Shown one piece after another: positions 19,622-30,765 of a stretch of 64,000 nt of DNA. The notes beneath the pieces are model-generated. The model was not told the DNA's origin and did not search any database. It worked only from the letters and a program-made list of their open reading frames with translations. Location of the stretch: positions 5,600,001-5,664,000 of the forward strand of contig CBDCXR010000004.1 of assembly GCA_965223845.1 (NCBI GenBank). Reading direction: 5' to 3'. Position numbers and translations under genes: made by a program. The first letter of the stretch is position 1. The number at the start of each line of letters is the position of its first letter. This DNA comes from Planctomycetota bacterium (GTDB lineage Bacteria; Planctomycetota; UBA8108; SXIK01).

Positions 19622-21670
19622 ATGCCATACCTAAAGGTTTACGACGGCCAGGAGAAGATCCAGTCGCTGGAGCTCACCGGCGAGGTCGTCTCGATCGGAC
19701 GCGACGCGAGTAACGCGCTGACGCTCCCCGATCCAAGTGTTTCCCGTCACCATGCGCAGGTGGAGCCGAAGGGGAACTTTTACGTCATCCGAGACAACGG
19801 CAGCACGAACGGAACGTTCGTGAACGAGATGCTGGTTCGCCTCCAGCTGCTCACACAGGGCGACAGCATCCGCGTAGGAAAGTACGTCGTCCGCGTCGAA
19901 CTCGAGCGCACCAGCGACGACGAATCGACACGCGTTCGAGTCGAGAAAATCCGTCTTCCGAGCGGGGTCGAGGACACGGCCGAGTCGAGCGACACCGACT
20001 CCTCGGACGATCGCAGCGCGGACGAGCGCCTGACGCGCCTTCGCAGCGTGCTCTCGGAGATTGGATACGTCGACACGGTCGACGGCTTGCTCGGCCGGGC
20101 GCTCGAGCTCACTCTCGAAGAGCTCGAAGCTCATCGCGGAGCGATCCTCCGCCCGGACGATCGTGCCGGCGAGGACGGCGAGCCGAGCGGGCTCAGTCCC
20201 GCCGTCTACCGGAGCAGCGAAGACGAAGATGCCGCGACCGGGGAGGACTTCGTCGTTCCCGAAGAGCTCATCGAAACTGCGCTCCTCCGCGGTGTCGCGC
20301 TCGACGCGGTGGCGCCGCACTACGGTTCAGAAACGAACGTCCCCTGTCTCGCCGTCCCCCTTCGCGATCGCACCGAAACGCACGGCGTGCTCTTCGTCGC
20401 GCGGAACGCCGAAGCGGAGCCGTTCTCGCCGGCGAGCCTCTGTACCGCGAATCTTCTCGCGAGTCGCATCGCGATCAGCCTGACCAACGCGGAGCTCTTC
20501 GCCGAGGTCACGCACATCAAAGAACAGATGAAGGCGATCTTCGCGAACCTGGTCGACGGGGTCGTCGTCACGGACACGAACTTCCAAGTCGTCGAAGCGA
20601 ACGCCGCCTCGACGGCGCTCCTTCAAGTCCGCGACACGAATCTCCTCGGTCGATCTTTTCTCGAGTTGCTCGAGACGCACCGGCTTCGTCCATCGCTCTC
20701 GGCGATCGAGACCGCGGTTGCGCGCGAAGGGGGCGTCTTCGAAGTTCAGATCGAATCCGAAACCGAACGGGACGAGGAGAGAGACGAGCCCGGGCGGCGA
20801 GTCCTCGCCGGGGTGATCAACCCGTTCCCGAGCGCACGCGATCCTCAGGGCTTCGTGATTACCCTTCGGGATCGCTCGCAGGCATGGCATCTCGAACGGA
20901 TCAAGACGGTGTTCATCGAGAACGTCTCACACAAGCTGCGGACGCCGCTCACCGTGCTCACGGCAACGCTCGATCTCCTCGACATCGAGGGCGAGCCGCC
21001 GGACCAGCAGACGTTTCTCGGACTAAAGGAGAGCGCTCGTACGCTGACGACGCTCGTCGACAAGTTCAGCGAATTCTCCGCCCTCTCGCCCCGCGACGCG
21101 TACGACGTGACCGCGGTCGATCAAGTGGATCTCTGCGCGCTCACGCACGACCTCGCTCGGTCGCTCGAGGAGCTCGCGGCGTCGCGCGACGTCGAGTTCC
21201 ACCTCGATCTTCCCGCCGGGCTACCATCCATCGATTGCCGCGGCGACGGGATCAACCAGGCCCTCTTCGATCTCCTCGAGAACGGGGTCAAGTTCGCCTC
21301 GAGTCCCGGACGGGTGGAGGTTCGGGCGAGGGAATCGGGCGGCTTCATTCAGATCGAGATCGTGGACGACGGTCCGGGCATTCCGAGCGACCAGCTCGAG
21401 TCGATCTTCGACGTCGGATACCAGGTCGATGCCGATCGAACGGGACAGGTTCCCGGCGCTGGGCTCGGGCTCGTTATCGCCCGGCACGTCATCCAGGAGC
21501 ACGGCGGTCACGTCCGTCTCCGTCCGGCCGAGAAAGGAACGCGCGTCGTCGTCCATCTTCCCTGTCCGCCGGATCACGTGCCGCGCGACTTGGATCTGGT
21601 CGAGGACGAAGCAGACGATCTCGGCAGCGAAGAAACCCAGATGATCGCGTTAGAGGAGGCGGAGCATTGA
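19622..21670 (+). CDS. FHA-GAF-PAS sensor histidine kinase
   Basis: FHA (IGRD, VSRHHA, GSTNGTFVN), GAF-like segment, PAS, H-box VSHKLRTPL, ENGVKF, DDGPGI, GAGLGL. Confidence 0.9.
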   Translation: MPYLKVYDGQEKIQSLELTGEVVSIGRDASNALTLPDPSVSRHHAQVEPKGNFYVIRDNGSTNGTFVNEMLVRLQLLTQGDSIRVGKYVVRVELERTSDDESTRVRVEKIRLPSGVEDTAESSDTDSSDDRSADERLTRLRSVLSEIGYVDTVDGLLGRALELTLEELEAHRGAILRPDDRAGEDGEPSGLSPAVYRSSEDEDAATGEDFVVPEELIETALLRGVALDAVAPHYGSETNVPCLAVPLRDRTETHGVLFVARNAEAEPFSPASLCTANLLASRIAISLTNAELFAEVTHIKEQMKAIFANLVDGVVVTDTNFQVVEANAASTALLQVRDTNLLGRSFLELLETHRLRPSLSAIETAVAREGGVFEVQIESETERDEERDEPGRRVLAGVINPFPSARDPQGFVITLRDRSQAWHLERIKTVFIENVSHKLRTPLTVLTATLDLLDIEGEPPDQQTFLGLKESARTLTTLVDKFSEFSALSPRDAYDVTAVDQVDLCALTHDLARSLEELAASRDVEFHLDLPAGLPSIDCRGDGINQALFDLLENGVKFASSPGRVEVRARESGGFIQIEIVDDGPGIPSDQLESIFDVGYQVDADRTGQVPGAGLGLVIARHVIQEHGGHVRLRPAEKGTRVVVHLPCPPDHVPRDLDLVEDEADDLGSEETQMIALEEAEH

Positions 21671-22638
21671 GTCCTCGCGATCCCGCCTATCCTCCCGCCT
21701 CGCGATCGTCCGACTTCTCGGCCCCACCGCCGAGCTCCGGCTCGGATCACGGAACGCAGAACGAGATCGGCTGGCTGAAATCCGAGCTCCTCACGAAGAC
21801 GGCCGACGTCGAGCGCTTGAACTCGAAAGTGCAGCAGCTCGAGGCGGACCTCGACTCCGTCCGCGGCGATTATTCGGCGCAGACGAGCGACGAAAAGCTC
21901 GAGATCCGCACGCTTCAATCTCTCCTCGAGAAGGCGCAGGGAGAGATCGACCAGCTGCACGCACAGCTCGCCCGCCAGAAGAAAAGCAACAAGAGCCTCA
22001 AGTCACAGAATCTGCGGCTTCAGTACCACCTGAACGTCTGGGGCATTCCGGTCGCCGCCGGCGCCGAGGAGAGCGTGCCGGAAGGCGACGCCGAACACGC
22101 GTTCTTCCCGAAGCTGAACGCGCTCCTCGACGGGCTCGATCCGATCCCGAGCGTGCTCCGCGGTGACATCTACACGTTCGACGTGCCGAACCTCCTCCAC
22201 TTTCTCGCGAACTCCCAGCTCACTGGGGTTCTCACGATGGTGGCGAGCGGCATCGTGGCGAAGCTCTATCTCGAGGACGGAATCCTTCGCCTCGCCGGCT
22301 GGAACCGGCGGGAGAACGATCTCCGGCTCGCCGCCGTGCTCGAGAACAAGGTCGAGAGCAGCGTGCTCCGGCGGGTCGCCTACGACGATCAGTACGACCT
22401 CGAGCTCGCCGAAACTCTCCTCAAGGAGGAGGTCCCGGCGGCGACGATTCAGGAAGCCCTCCGCGAGCACGCGAAGGCGATCCTGATGTTTATCTTTCAG
22501 GTCGACCAGGGCTCGTTCTTCTTCCAGCCGGGGAAGCTCCGGCGGCAGCGGTCCCTGCAGTTCAACCTCCCGATCCTCGATCTCCTCCTCGAAGCGGCGC
22601 GTGAAGTCGACCACCGGGAGCGGGACCGCACGGAGTAG
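21667..22638 (+). CDS. Coiled-coil plus DUF4388 (PatA N-terminal-like) domain protein
   Basis: Heptad-rich N-terminus, then LRGDIYTFDVPNLLHFLANSQLTGVL...GSFFF...LLLEAAREVD; overlaps the kinase stop. Confidence 0.75.
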   Translation: MSPRDPAYPPASRSSDFSAPPPSSGSDHGTQNEIGWLKSELLTKTADVERLNSKVQQLEADLDSVRGDYSAQTSDEKLEIRTLQSLLEKAQGEIDQLHAQLARQKKSNKSLKSQNLRLQYHLNVWGIPVAAGAEESVPEGDAEHAFFPKLNALLDGLDPIPSVLRGDIYTFDVPNLLHFLANSQLTGVLTMVASGIVAKLYLEDGILRLAGWNRRENDLRLAAVLENKVESSVLRRVAYDDQYDLELAETLLKEEVPAATIQEALREHAKAILMFIFQVDQGSFFFQPGKLRRQRSLQFNLPILDLLLEAAREVDHRERDRTE

Positions 22639-22806
22639 GCCGGACGGACGGCCGCGACGGCGAGGACGCACGACTCAGTCGACGCGGAGCCGGGAAGACT
22701 TCGCACCCCTGCGAGAGCCAACCCCCGCCTGAAATTGAGCCGGCCGGGTCCGCTCGCGCACGGAACCGGCCGGTCTAGTCTCGATCGAAAGCCGAGGGAA
22801 ACGATT

Positions 22807-23163
22807 CTAGCCGAAGATCATTTCGGGAACGTTTCCGACTTCGATCGCGATCACGACCTCGCTGAGGATGCGCGTCTCGCGTCCGGCGACCTCGAGGACG
22901 AACGGCATTCCCGCCTGAACGTCGCCGGCGAGCCGCCCGCGGAACTTGTCGCCGAGATCGAGGCTCTCGTTCGCGGTCGAGAACCGCTGCATCACCATCG
23001 TGTTCGTCTCGGAGCTCTGCAGATGCTCGCGGACAACCCAGCGGTTGCCTTCGTCGTCTGCCTGCGACAGCCAGTACACGGTGCCACCCTGCGTTTCGAT
23101 GCGGCAGCTGCTGGGGTCGATTTCCGAGAAGTAGCCCGTCTGAGGTGTTTGGTCTTCGGTCAT
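22807..23163 (-). CDS. Hypothetical protein
   Basis: 118-aa ORF MTEDQTPQ... with genome-typical codon usage; no motif recognised. Confidence 0.6.
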   Translation of the reverse strand: MTEDQTPQTGYFSEIDPSSCRIETQGGTVYWLSQADDEGNRWVVREHLQSSETNTMVMQRFSTANESLDLGDKFRGRLAGDVQAGMPFVLEVAGRETRILSEVVIAIEVGNVPEMIFG

Positions 23164-24503
23164 GGGATCCCCCAAAGGGTCCGTCCGTCCGGTAATTCCG
23201 GCGGCTTGGAATGGCAGCTTGCGAATGAGAACTCCGCGCGCTCCTCGGTCGATGATCAACGGTCCCGCGGCGGGAGTGGGATCCCGAGGAGGCTCCCGAT
23301 GTATCGGAGCGGGAGCGCCGAAAGCTTGACCCTCGCGGTGCCAGCGCGACGCCGTGCTCGACGTACAGTCCGAGAACGTAGTTCGCGACTGAGCTCCGGA
23401 AAGCGAGGTACCCGCGAAGAGCGCGATGTGCCGCGGAGACCGACGCGAAACTGTGGCCCCGCGGGGACGAAGCAGGGCGCGGAGCGGTCCGCTCCTCCGC
23501 GGGACACTCAACTCGCGCGAACGCGCTCCGAGCGGATCCCAGGCGACCCACATCGAGTCGAAGGCGATCTCGTCGGGGTGAGCCGGCGCGGCTCCGCCGC
23601 GCCAGCGAGGGGGCTTTGAGAAAGCCCGCGAAAAAACGGGGCTGAAACGAAAATCCGTTCTCCGCCCAGCCCCTCGATCAACCTCTTCGAAGCCCGACGG
23701 CGAGCGGATTTGAATCGACGTTCCGAAGATTCCGTCGAACCGACGTCCGCTCTACCGAGCTCCGCGGGTGGGGTCGAGGACCCCGTCCCACTCACTACAC
23801 CCGTCTCGAACCACGCTGCGGTGGATTCGCATCCCCGAGCTGTGAGCCGAGCTCTCGAGATCGCAACGGAAGTCGCATGAGTTCTGCCGTCCACCCGCGT
23901 TCGCTCGATCGCGCCACCGAAGGAATCGCCCGACGCGAGGGTCCGGCGTGTCCGATCGACGCTTTCGTTGCAGGCGCACAAGCCTTTCGGCTCATGGAGC
24001 GCTTCATGCCACAGCGCAAACGTAGAACGAATGACGTTCAACTTCGCAGCGATCGACAAGAGATGTGGCGCTGATCGTAGCGATGCGTTTCATCCTTGTC
24101 AAGCGACTGATGCACTTTCAACTGCGCTCTCAACGCGACCGCAGCGAATCGTTTTCGTGCGCGCAGCGCTACGTCCGCGCGCTTGCGAACCTCGTGTCGA
24201 AACCAATCGTGATGCGTCGCGCGCGTTCTCGCGAACGCGCACGCCTCGAGTGCTCGAAGCTTGCAACGATCCGGAAGGAACTTCCCGACGTGCGTGCGGC
24301 TCGATCGGGTAGAATTCTGCGCGTCGCTCCTGCGAGTTGGCGCTTTGGTCTTTTGGATTCAGGCGGCTTCCCCGCCCCGATCCAGTTTTCCCGGCACCGC
24401 TGTCCCTGGTTCGAAGACGACGAGGAGAAGGTCGCAGTGCGTTCGGCGTTACGGCCAAGCGCGGGTCGTCCCGCCGCGAATCACTCCGCTCCTTGAGAAA
24501 GCC

Positions 24504-25292
24504 GTGAGTGCGAAGCCCGCCGAGCTGTCGGTCGTTATCCCTGCGTACAACGAAGGCGCGCGCATCCGGCGCTCGCTCGAGGAGATCACGGCCTTCCTCC
24601 GTGAGAACTTCAAACGGTGGGAGGTTCTCGTCGTCGACGACGGTTCGACGGACGATACCGCCGCGGAGACCGACGGGATCGACGGTGTCCGCTACCTGAA
24701 GAACGACGCGAATCGAGGGAAGGGCTTCACGGTTCGCCGCGGGATGCTCGAGGCCGAAGGCGACGCCGTGCTCTTCACCGACGCCGATCTCTCCGCCCCC
24801 ATCCCGGAGGCGCGGCGCCTCCACTCCGCGATCGCGCGCGGGGCCGACGTCGCGATCGCGTCGCGCCAGTTCGACGTGACGACGAAGGTCCGGCGGACGC
24901 CGCTCCGCCGTCTCATGGCCTTCGTGTTCCGGACTCTCGTCAAAGTGATCGTGATCCGCGGGATCTACGACACGCAGTGCGGGTTCAAAATGTTTCGCCG
25001 CGAGGCCGCGCAGTCGGTCTTCCCGCTCCAGCGGCTGACGGGCTGGGGGTTCGACGTCGAGCTCCTCTATATCTCACGCGCCCAAGGCTGGAGCATCGAG
25101 GAGGTCGCCGTAAGCTGGACCGAGTCCGACGAGAGCCGTCTCAGCTGGCGCTCGCCCTTCACTATGATCTTTGATCTGCTCAAGATCCGCGCGAACGCTC
25201 TTCTCGGGCGCTACCGCTCCCCCGCGCGCCGGGACGAAATCCTGAGTGGAGCGGGGGGAGCACCGCCAAACTCGCGCGGCGGGAAGAGCTGA
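24504..25292 (+). CDS. GT2 glycosyltransferase (polyprenyl/dolichyl-phosphate glucosyltransferase-like)
   Basis: LSVVIPAYNE, VDDGSTD, NRGKG, DADL, DTQCGFKMF, GFDVE. Confidence 0.92.
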   Translation: MSAKPAELSVVIPAYNEGARIRRSLEEITAFLRENFKRWEVLVVDDGSTDDTAAETDGIDGVRYLKNDANRGKGFTVRRGMLEAEGDAVLFTDADLSAPIPEARRLHSAIARGADVAIASRQFDVTTKVRRTPLRRLMAFVFRTLVKVIVIRGIYDTQCGFKMFRREAAQSVFPLQRLTGWGFDVELLYISRAQGWSIEEVAVSWTESDESRLSWRSPFTMIFDLLKIRANALLGRYRSPARRDEILSGAGGAPPNSRGGKS

Positions 25293-25365
25293 GGGATTGC
25301 CGAGCCGACGGGCTGGCGGTACGTTCTCTCCTCCTCCGTCCCCTCGCCCGCTCCGGCTTCCCGCG

Positions 25366-27213
25366 ATGTCCCCCCAAGGCGTTCTCCGATCGCTCATCGA
25401 TACGTTCGACCTGAAGTCCACCGGCAAGTGGTTTGTCGTGGCGTCGGCGGTCGGCCTCATCGCCGGACTCGGCGCGTTCGTGTTTCAGTTCCTCTGCCAG
25501 CTCGTCCTCGTCTACGCGCTCCACGACGTCGCCGGTTACGAGGCCGCAGAACCGGTCGGCGAGCATCTCTGGCTGACATCGTCTCCCGGAGAGTTCTCGC
25601 CGTGGCTCCTCATCGCGGTGATGGTCGCGGGCGGACTGGTCTCGGGCTGGCTCGTCTACACCTTCGCACCGGAGGCGGAGGGCCACGGGACCGACGCGGC
25701 GATCGAAGCCTTCCACCAGAAACGCGGAGTCATCGCGGCGCGAATTCCCTTCATCAAGATGATCGCTTCCGCCGCGACGATCGGGACGGGTGGCTCCGCC
25801 GGGCGCGAGGGTCCGATCGCGCAGATCGGCGCGGGGTTCGGATCCTTTCTCGCGACGCGCCTCCGCTGGTCGGCGCGCGACCGCCGGATCCTTCTTGCGG
25901 CAGGGATGGGAGCAGGAGTCGGCGCGGTCTTCCGCGCCCCGCTCGCCGGAGCGCTGTTCGCGGGCGAGATACTTTATCGCGACGCCGATCTCGAGTCGGA
26001 CGCCCTCGTTCCCGCGACGGTGGCGTCGATCATTTCGTACACGGTCTACTCGCTCACGCTGCCGGAGCAAGTCCGGTTTCTTCCGCTCTTCGGTGATCAG
26101 CTCGACTTCAGCCTCTCGTCACCCCTCGAGCTTCTCCCCCTCGCCGCTCTCGCCGTGGCGCTCGTCCTCGTGGGAATCGTCTTCATCAAGACGCTCTACG
26201 GGATTCACGGTGCGTTCAAGCGCCTCCCGGTGCCGCCCGTTCTCCGTCCGGCGATCGGAGCTGCGGCCGCGGGCGGACTCGGCCTCGCGCTCCTTCGGTT
26301 TACCGGCGACGCACAATCGCTCGCCGTCCTCTCGTCCGGCTACGGACTCATCCAGGCTGCGCTCGAGCCCGAGGCGATGGTAGGCGTCGCGCTCCTTCTC
26401 ACCGTCGCGTTCGGAAAGATCATCACCACCGGCCTCACGATCGGCTCGGGAGGTTCGGGAGGGGTGTTCGGGCCGTCCATGGTGATCGGCGCGACGGTCG
26501 GAGCCGCCGCCGGACAAACCTACCACTCACTCTGGCCGGCGCTCGTCCCCGAGCCGAGGGCGTACGTCATCGTGGGCATGGCCGGCTTCTTCGCCGGCTG
26601 CGCCCACGCACCGATCTCGACCCTCGTCATGGTCTCGGAAATCACGGGCAGCTATCAGCTTCTCCTTCCCGTGATGTGGGTATCGGCGATCTGCTTCCTC
26701 TTGTGCCGCCGCTGGACGCTCTACGAGAAGCAAGTTCCCTCGCGCCTCGATTCACCCGCTCACGCCGGTGATTTCCTCGTCGACATCCTCGCGGACTGCA
26801 AGGTGCGGGACGTCGTCCGCGAAGATGGAGCAGTGCCGCAGCAGATTTCCGAATCGACCACGCTCGACGAGATCGTCCATCTCTTGGCCGACACTCGCCA
26901 GGCGTACTTCCCCGTGATCGACGGCGAGAATCGCGTCATCGGAATCTTCTCCGATCGGGACGTGCGGGGATCGATCTACGAAGAGTCGATCTGGCCGGTC
27001 ACGGTGGCGCGCGATGTCATGGTGTCAGAGGTCTTGAGCGTCACCCTGGACGACGACCTGAACACCGCGTTACGCCGCTGCACGCAGAGGAATATCGACG
27101 AACTTCCCGTTCTCGATGCGGACCGGCGTCTCGTCGGGATGCTCCGACGGAAGGATGCTCTAGCGTTCTACAACGACCGCCTCGCCGAGATGAAACGCCG
27201 CGCTTCGGACTGA
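25366..27213 (+). CDS. ClC-family anion channel/transporter with CBS pair
   Basis: GHGTD, GGSAGREGP, GGVFGP, LYEKQV, two C-terminal CBS domains. Confidence 0.92.
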   Translation: MSPQGVLRSLIDTFDLKSTGKWFVVASAVGLIAGLGAFVFQFLCQLVLVYALHDVAGYEAAEPVGEHLWLTSSPGEFSPWLLIAVMVAGGLVSGWLVYTFAPEAEGHGTDAAIEAFHQKRGVIAARIPFIKMIASAATIGTGGSAGREGPIAQIGAGFGSFLATRLRWSARDRRILLAAGMGAGVGAVFRAPLAGALFAGEILYRDADLESDALVPATVASIISYTVYSLTLPEQVRFLPLFGDQLDFSLSSPLELLPLAALAVALVLVGIVFIKTLYGIHGAFKRLPVPPVLRPAIGAAAAGGLGLALLRFTGDAQSLAVLSSGYGLIQAALEPEAMVGVALLLTVAFGKIITTGLTIGSGGSGGVFGPSMVIGATVGAAAGQTYHSLWPALVPEPRAYVIVGMAGFFAGCAHAPISTLVMVSEITGSYQLLLPVMWVSAICFLLCRRWTLYEKQVPSRLDSPAHAGDFLVDILADCKVRDVVREDGAVPQQISESTTLDEIVHLLADTRQAYFPVIDGENRVIGIFSDRDVRGSIYEESIWPVTVARDVMVSEVLSVTLDDDLNTALRRCTQRNIDELPVLDADRRLVGMLRRKDALAFYNDRLAEMKRRASD

Positions 27214-27261
27214 CGCGGCATCCGCGGACGGACGGCGTCTTCGCGCGCGTCGAGAGCGTTC

Positions 27262-30045
27262 CTATTCCGATACACCGACGTCGAGCGGAAGCTTCTCGAT
27301 GAGCGTATCCCGGAGTCTCGCCATCTCGTGGGTGAGCGTTTCGGCACACGCCGCAGCGTCGGTGAGATCACCGCTGGAGCCGATCCTCTCGAGCTGGTAC
27401 GCGATCTCCTGGACGACCGCTCCGCCGAGGTTCCCGGCGGAACCCTTGACGCGGTGGCCGATGTGGTTGATCGCCTCCGCGTCCGCGTTCTCGACCGCCG
27501 AGCAGATGCTCTCGCTCAGACTTTCGCAGTCCTCGACGAAGAGCGCCGCGATCTCGTGGAGAAGCTCTTCGTCGCCGTCCACTCGCTGGAGAGCCAGCCG
27601 CTCGTCGAAGATCTTTGTGTCTTCACTCTTCTCGTCCATTGTCTCTTCCTCCTGATTCCATTCGGTTCCGACGACCGACTTCGTCCAGCGCTCGATCGCC
27701 GCGAAAAGATCGGCCGAGCGGATTGGCTTGGCGACGTAATCGTCCATGCCGGCCGTGATGCACAGCTCTCGATCACCCTTGAGAACACTCGCGGTGAGAG
27801 CGATGATCGGGGTGTGAGTTCCGCTCTCCCGTTCGAACTCGCGGATCGCCCGCGTAGCCTCGAGTCCGCCCATTTCCGGCATCATGAGATCCATGAGCAC
27901 GACGTCGAAGTCGCTCGCTCGCACTGCATCTACTGCTTGGCGACCGTCCTCGACCACGGTCGCGAAATGCCCCTCGCGCTCGATGAACTTAACGATCACA
28001 CGCTGATTGATCGGGTTGTCCTCGGCGATGAGGATGCGGTACTTCGCCCGCGAGCTGCCGTCGCGCCGATCGTAGCGAAGCGAGCGCGGCCGCAAGGACG
28101 AAACCGGTCCCTCTGACGGGTGGAGCGCCTCGCGGCACGCGTCGCGAAGTGATTCCGGCGTCACGGGCTTGGCGACGGTCGCGAGGATTCCCAGCGTCAG
28201 ACGCCGATTCGGATCCTCTTTGCCTCCTCGAGGCACGAGACCGACGACGCGCATGTCGCGTTCGTCCGTGCGATCCCGTAGCTCCGCGACGAAGCTCAGT
28301 CCATCGAACGAGCCACCGTCGAGATCGACAAACGCGATGTCGAAGGGTTCACCCTCGTCTCGCGCGCGTTCGACGAGCTGAATCGCTTCGCTCGAGCACG
28401 TTGCGTACGTCGGCCTGAATCCCCAGCTCGACAGCGCGCGCGAGATCGCTCGGCACACCTTTTCATTGTCGTCGAGGATGAGCGCCCTCCAGTCACTCAG
28501 GGCGCGAGCATTCGACGTGCCGTCTTGAGATTGAGATGTCGCCTTGAAGACGGTCGTGAACTGAAAATCGCTGCCACGGCCGCTCTCGCTCGTCATCCAA
28601 AGACGCCCGCCCATGAATCCGACGAGCTTCTGACTGATGGCGAGTCCGAGACCCGAGCCGCCGTAACGGCGCGTCGTCGAGCCGTCGGCTTGAGAAAACG
28701 ATTCAAAGATCTCGCGCTGCTTGTCGCTCGCGACACCGACGCCCGTGTCCGCGACGCTCCAGTAGAGTCGAACCGAGTCTTCCGTGTGCGACACGAGCTC
28801 GACGCGCACGACCACATCCCCTTCGTCGGTGAACTTGAGCGCGTTCCCGATGAGATTGACGAGGATCTGCCGCGTGCGCAGCGCGTCGCCGACGACTTGC
28901 TCCGGCACTTCGCATCCGACATCGAGAATGAGCTCGAGCCCCTTCGCCTGGGCTGCGAACGCAAATGTGCCGAGCGTCTCCTCGATCGTCGCGCGGACGT
29001 CGAAGGTCTGCTCATCGAGAGCGAACCTCCCCGCTTCGATCTTGGAGAAGTCGAGAATGTCGCTGATCAGCTCGAGCAGTGAGTCCGCTGAACGCTTGAT
29101 GAGAGAGAGGTACTCCCACTGCTCGGCCGTGAGATCAGTATCGAGAGCGAGCTCGGCCATGCCGACGATTCCGTTCATCGGCGTCCGAATCTCGTGGCTC
29201 ATGTTTGCGAGGAACATCGTCTTCGCCCGACTCGCGTCCTCGGCGACATCGCGCGCACCGATGAGCTCCGCGTTGAGGTCGGTCAGCTCCTTCGTCCGCG
29301 CCCTGACCTTCTCCTCGAGGTCCGTGCGGTGCGCCTTCAGCTTGTGGTCGCGCTCTTGAATGCGCGCCATCATCTCGTTGAAGGAGTCGGTGAGTCGGCC
29401 GATCTCATCGTTCCCGATCTTCGTCGCGCGGATCGAGTAGGTTTCGTCGTCCGAGACGCGCTGCGCCACTCTCGATAGCGCGACGATCGGTCGAGACACC
29501 GACCGCCGGGCGACGTTCGAGAGGATCAGCACGGCGATGACCGTAAACGCGAAAACGAGAAGCACGATCCCCGAGTAGAGGATGAGACGCTCGGCGAGTC
29601 GAGCCGTACTCGCCCTCACGAGAACGGTGCCGACCGTGCGGCCGTCCATGACCACGCGACGAAACACGTCCATGTACTCGGTGGAATAGACGGTTTCGGT
29701 GGTCTCCGGTGCCGCCGGAATCGCGGCCACCGAGTCCGTCGTCGAATGCTGCGCGAGGATGGACCCATCGCTTCGGTAGACGGCGGCGAGACGAACCTCG
29801 GAGAGATTCGTCATCGAGAGGAGTGTCTCACGGGCGCTCGCGGCGTCGTCGAAGTCGAGAGCCGACGAGCAATTCGCCGCGACCACCTCGGCGAGAGTCG
29901 CGTACTCGGATTCGAGCGCCGACCGAAACGTGATCGCCTCGTAGAGCGAAAACGCGACCGCCGCGACGGCGAGCGGAACGCTGCCGGCGAGGAGAAGGAG
30001 CGTCGTGATCTTCCGCTCGATCGAGGCGTCGGTCAGGAACTTCAT
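27262..30045 (-). CDS. Hybrid sensor histidine kinase (periplasmic sensor-HAMP-HisKA-HATPase-REC-REC-Hpt)
   Basis: Two TM helices, [26 protein letters not shown], two receivers, Hpt [11 protein letters not shown]. Confidence 0.95.
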   Translation of the reverse strand: MKFLTDASIERKITTLLLLAGSVPLAVAAVAFSLYEAITFRSALESEYATLAEVVAANCSSALDFDDAASARETLLSMTNLSEVRLAAVYRSDGSILAQHSTTDSVAAIPAAPETTETVYSTEYMDVFRRVVMDGRTVGTVLVRASTARLAERLILYSGIVLLVFAFTVIAVLILSNVARRSVSRPIVALSRVAQRVSDDETYSIRATKIGNDEIGRLTDSFNEMMARIQERDHKLKAHRTDLEEKVRARTKELTDLNAELIGARDVAEDASRAKTMFLANMSHEIRTPMNGIVGMAELALDTDLTAEQWEYLSLIKRSADSLLELISDILDFSKIEAGRFALDEQTFDVRATIEETLGTFAFAAQAKGLELILDVGCEVPEQVVGDALRTRQILVNLIGNALKFTDEGDVVVRVELVSHTEDSVRLYWSVADTGVGVASDKQREIFESFSQADGSTTRRYGGSGLGLAISQKLVGFMGGRLWMTSESGRGSDFQFTTVFKATSQSQDGTSNARALSDWRALILDDNEKVCRAISRALSSWGFRPTYATCSSEAIQLVERARDEGEPFDIAFVDLDGGSFDGLSFVAELRDRTDERDMRVVGLVPRGGKEDPNRRLTLGILATVAKPVTPESLRDACREALHPSEGPVSSLRPRSLRYDRRDGSSRAKYRILIAEDNPINQRVIVKFIEREGHFATVVEDGRQAVDAVRASDFDVVLMDLMMPEMGGLEATRAIREFERESGTHTPIIALTASVLKGDRELCITAGMDDYVAKPIRSADLFAAIERWTKSVVGTEWNQEEETMDEKSEDTKIFDERLALQRVDGDEELLHEIAALFVEDCESLSESICSAVENADAEAINHIGHRVKGSAGNLGGAVVQEIAYQLERIGSSGDLTDAAACAETLTHEMARLRDTLIEKLPLDVGVSE

Positions 30046-30765
30046 GACGGAGCGGCGGTGAGCTACTCAGCGTGCGCGGTCGTTGGCGGTGAGGACGAAA
30101 GGAGAGCTCTCCGGCTGACGTTCTCGGAAGACCAGCGGATCCATGGAGCGTCCGCGGCACCGCCCCGGCCGGAGGAATGCCCACAACTGAATCGCCGGTG
30201 CCGTCGTTTCGTCGGCCGGCAGTACGCTCGTCGCATCCCCGGCGACGCAGCTCGTGGACGCGTCGATCGGGCGACGCCACTGCGCGCTCCGGTCCCGACC
30301 GAGGTCGTCTCGGCTTTCGCAACGGATTCAGTTCTTTGGCGAGCCCGATAGTCGATTTCGGTCGTGTTTCGACGCGTTCTGTACGTCAACTCGGGGAAAT
30401 CCCCTTTTCGGACTTCTCGGGCGGAGATCCAGGTATCGGCCCACGGCTTCCTTCCCGCGCCCGACGAAAACTCCATCGTCTCTTCCTCCTCTTCCTGCGT
30501 CCGCGATCTCCGCCCCGTGCCCGGCGTCCTCGTGAATCGGTGGTTTCCCCCATCGCCGGTGCGAGGACGGGGAAGCAGAGGCACGGGAAGATACCGGAAC
30601 CTCTCGTTCAATCCGCGGCGGGCGAGGCGCCGATGGGTAAATGAACAACTGGATCCACCTCCCGCGACGGCGCGTCCGACGACGCGCGAGAGAGAACGTC
30701 GACGCGGAACCCCCTCCCCAGCGATCCTCCGATCCCCCCGCGACTTGAACGCGCCGTCACCTCTC

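Noticed and set aside
30063-30765. YfiR-like partner gene upstream of the hybrid kinase
   Set aside because: ORFs here are Arg/Ser-rich with no recognisable motif; treated as probable intergenic DNA.
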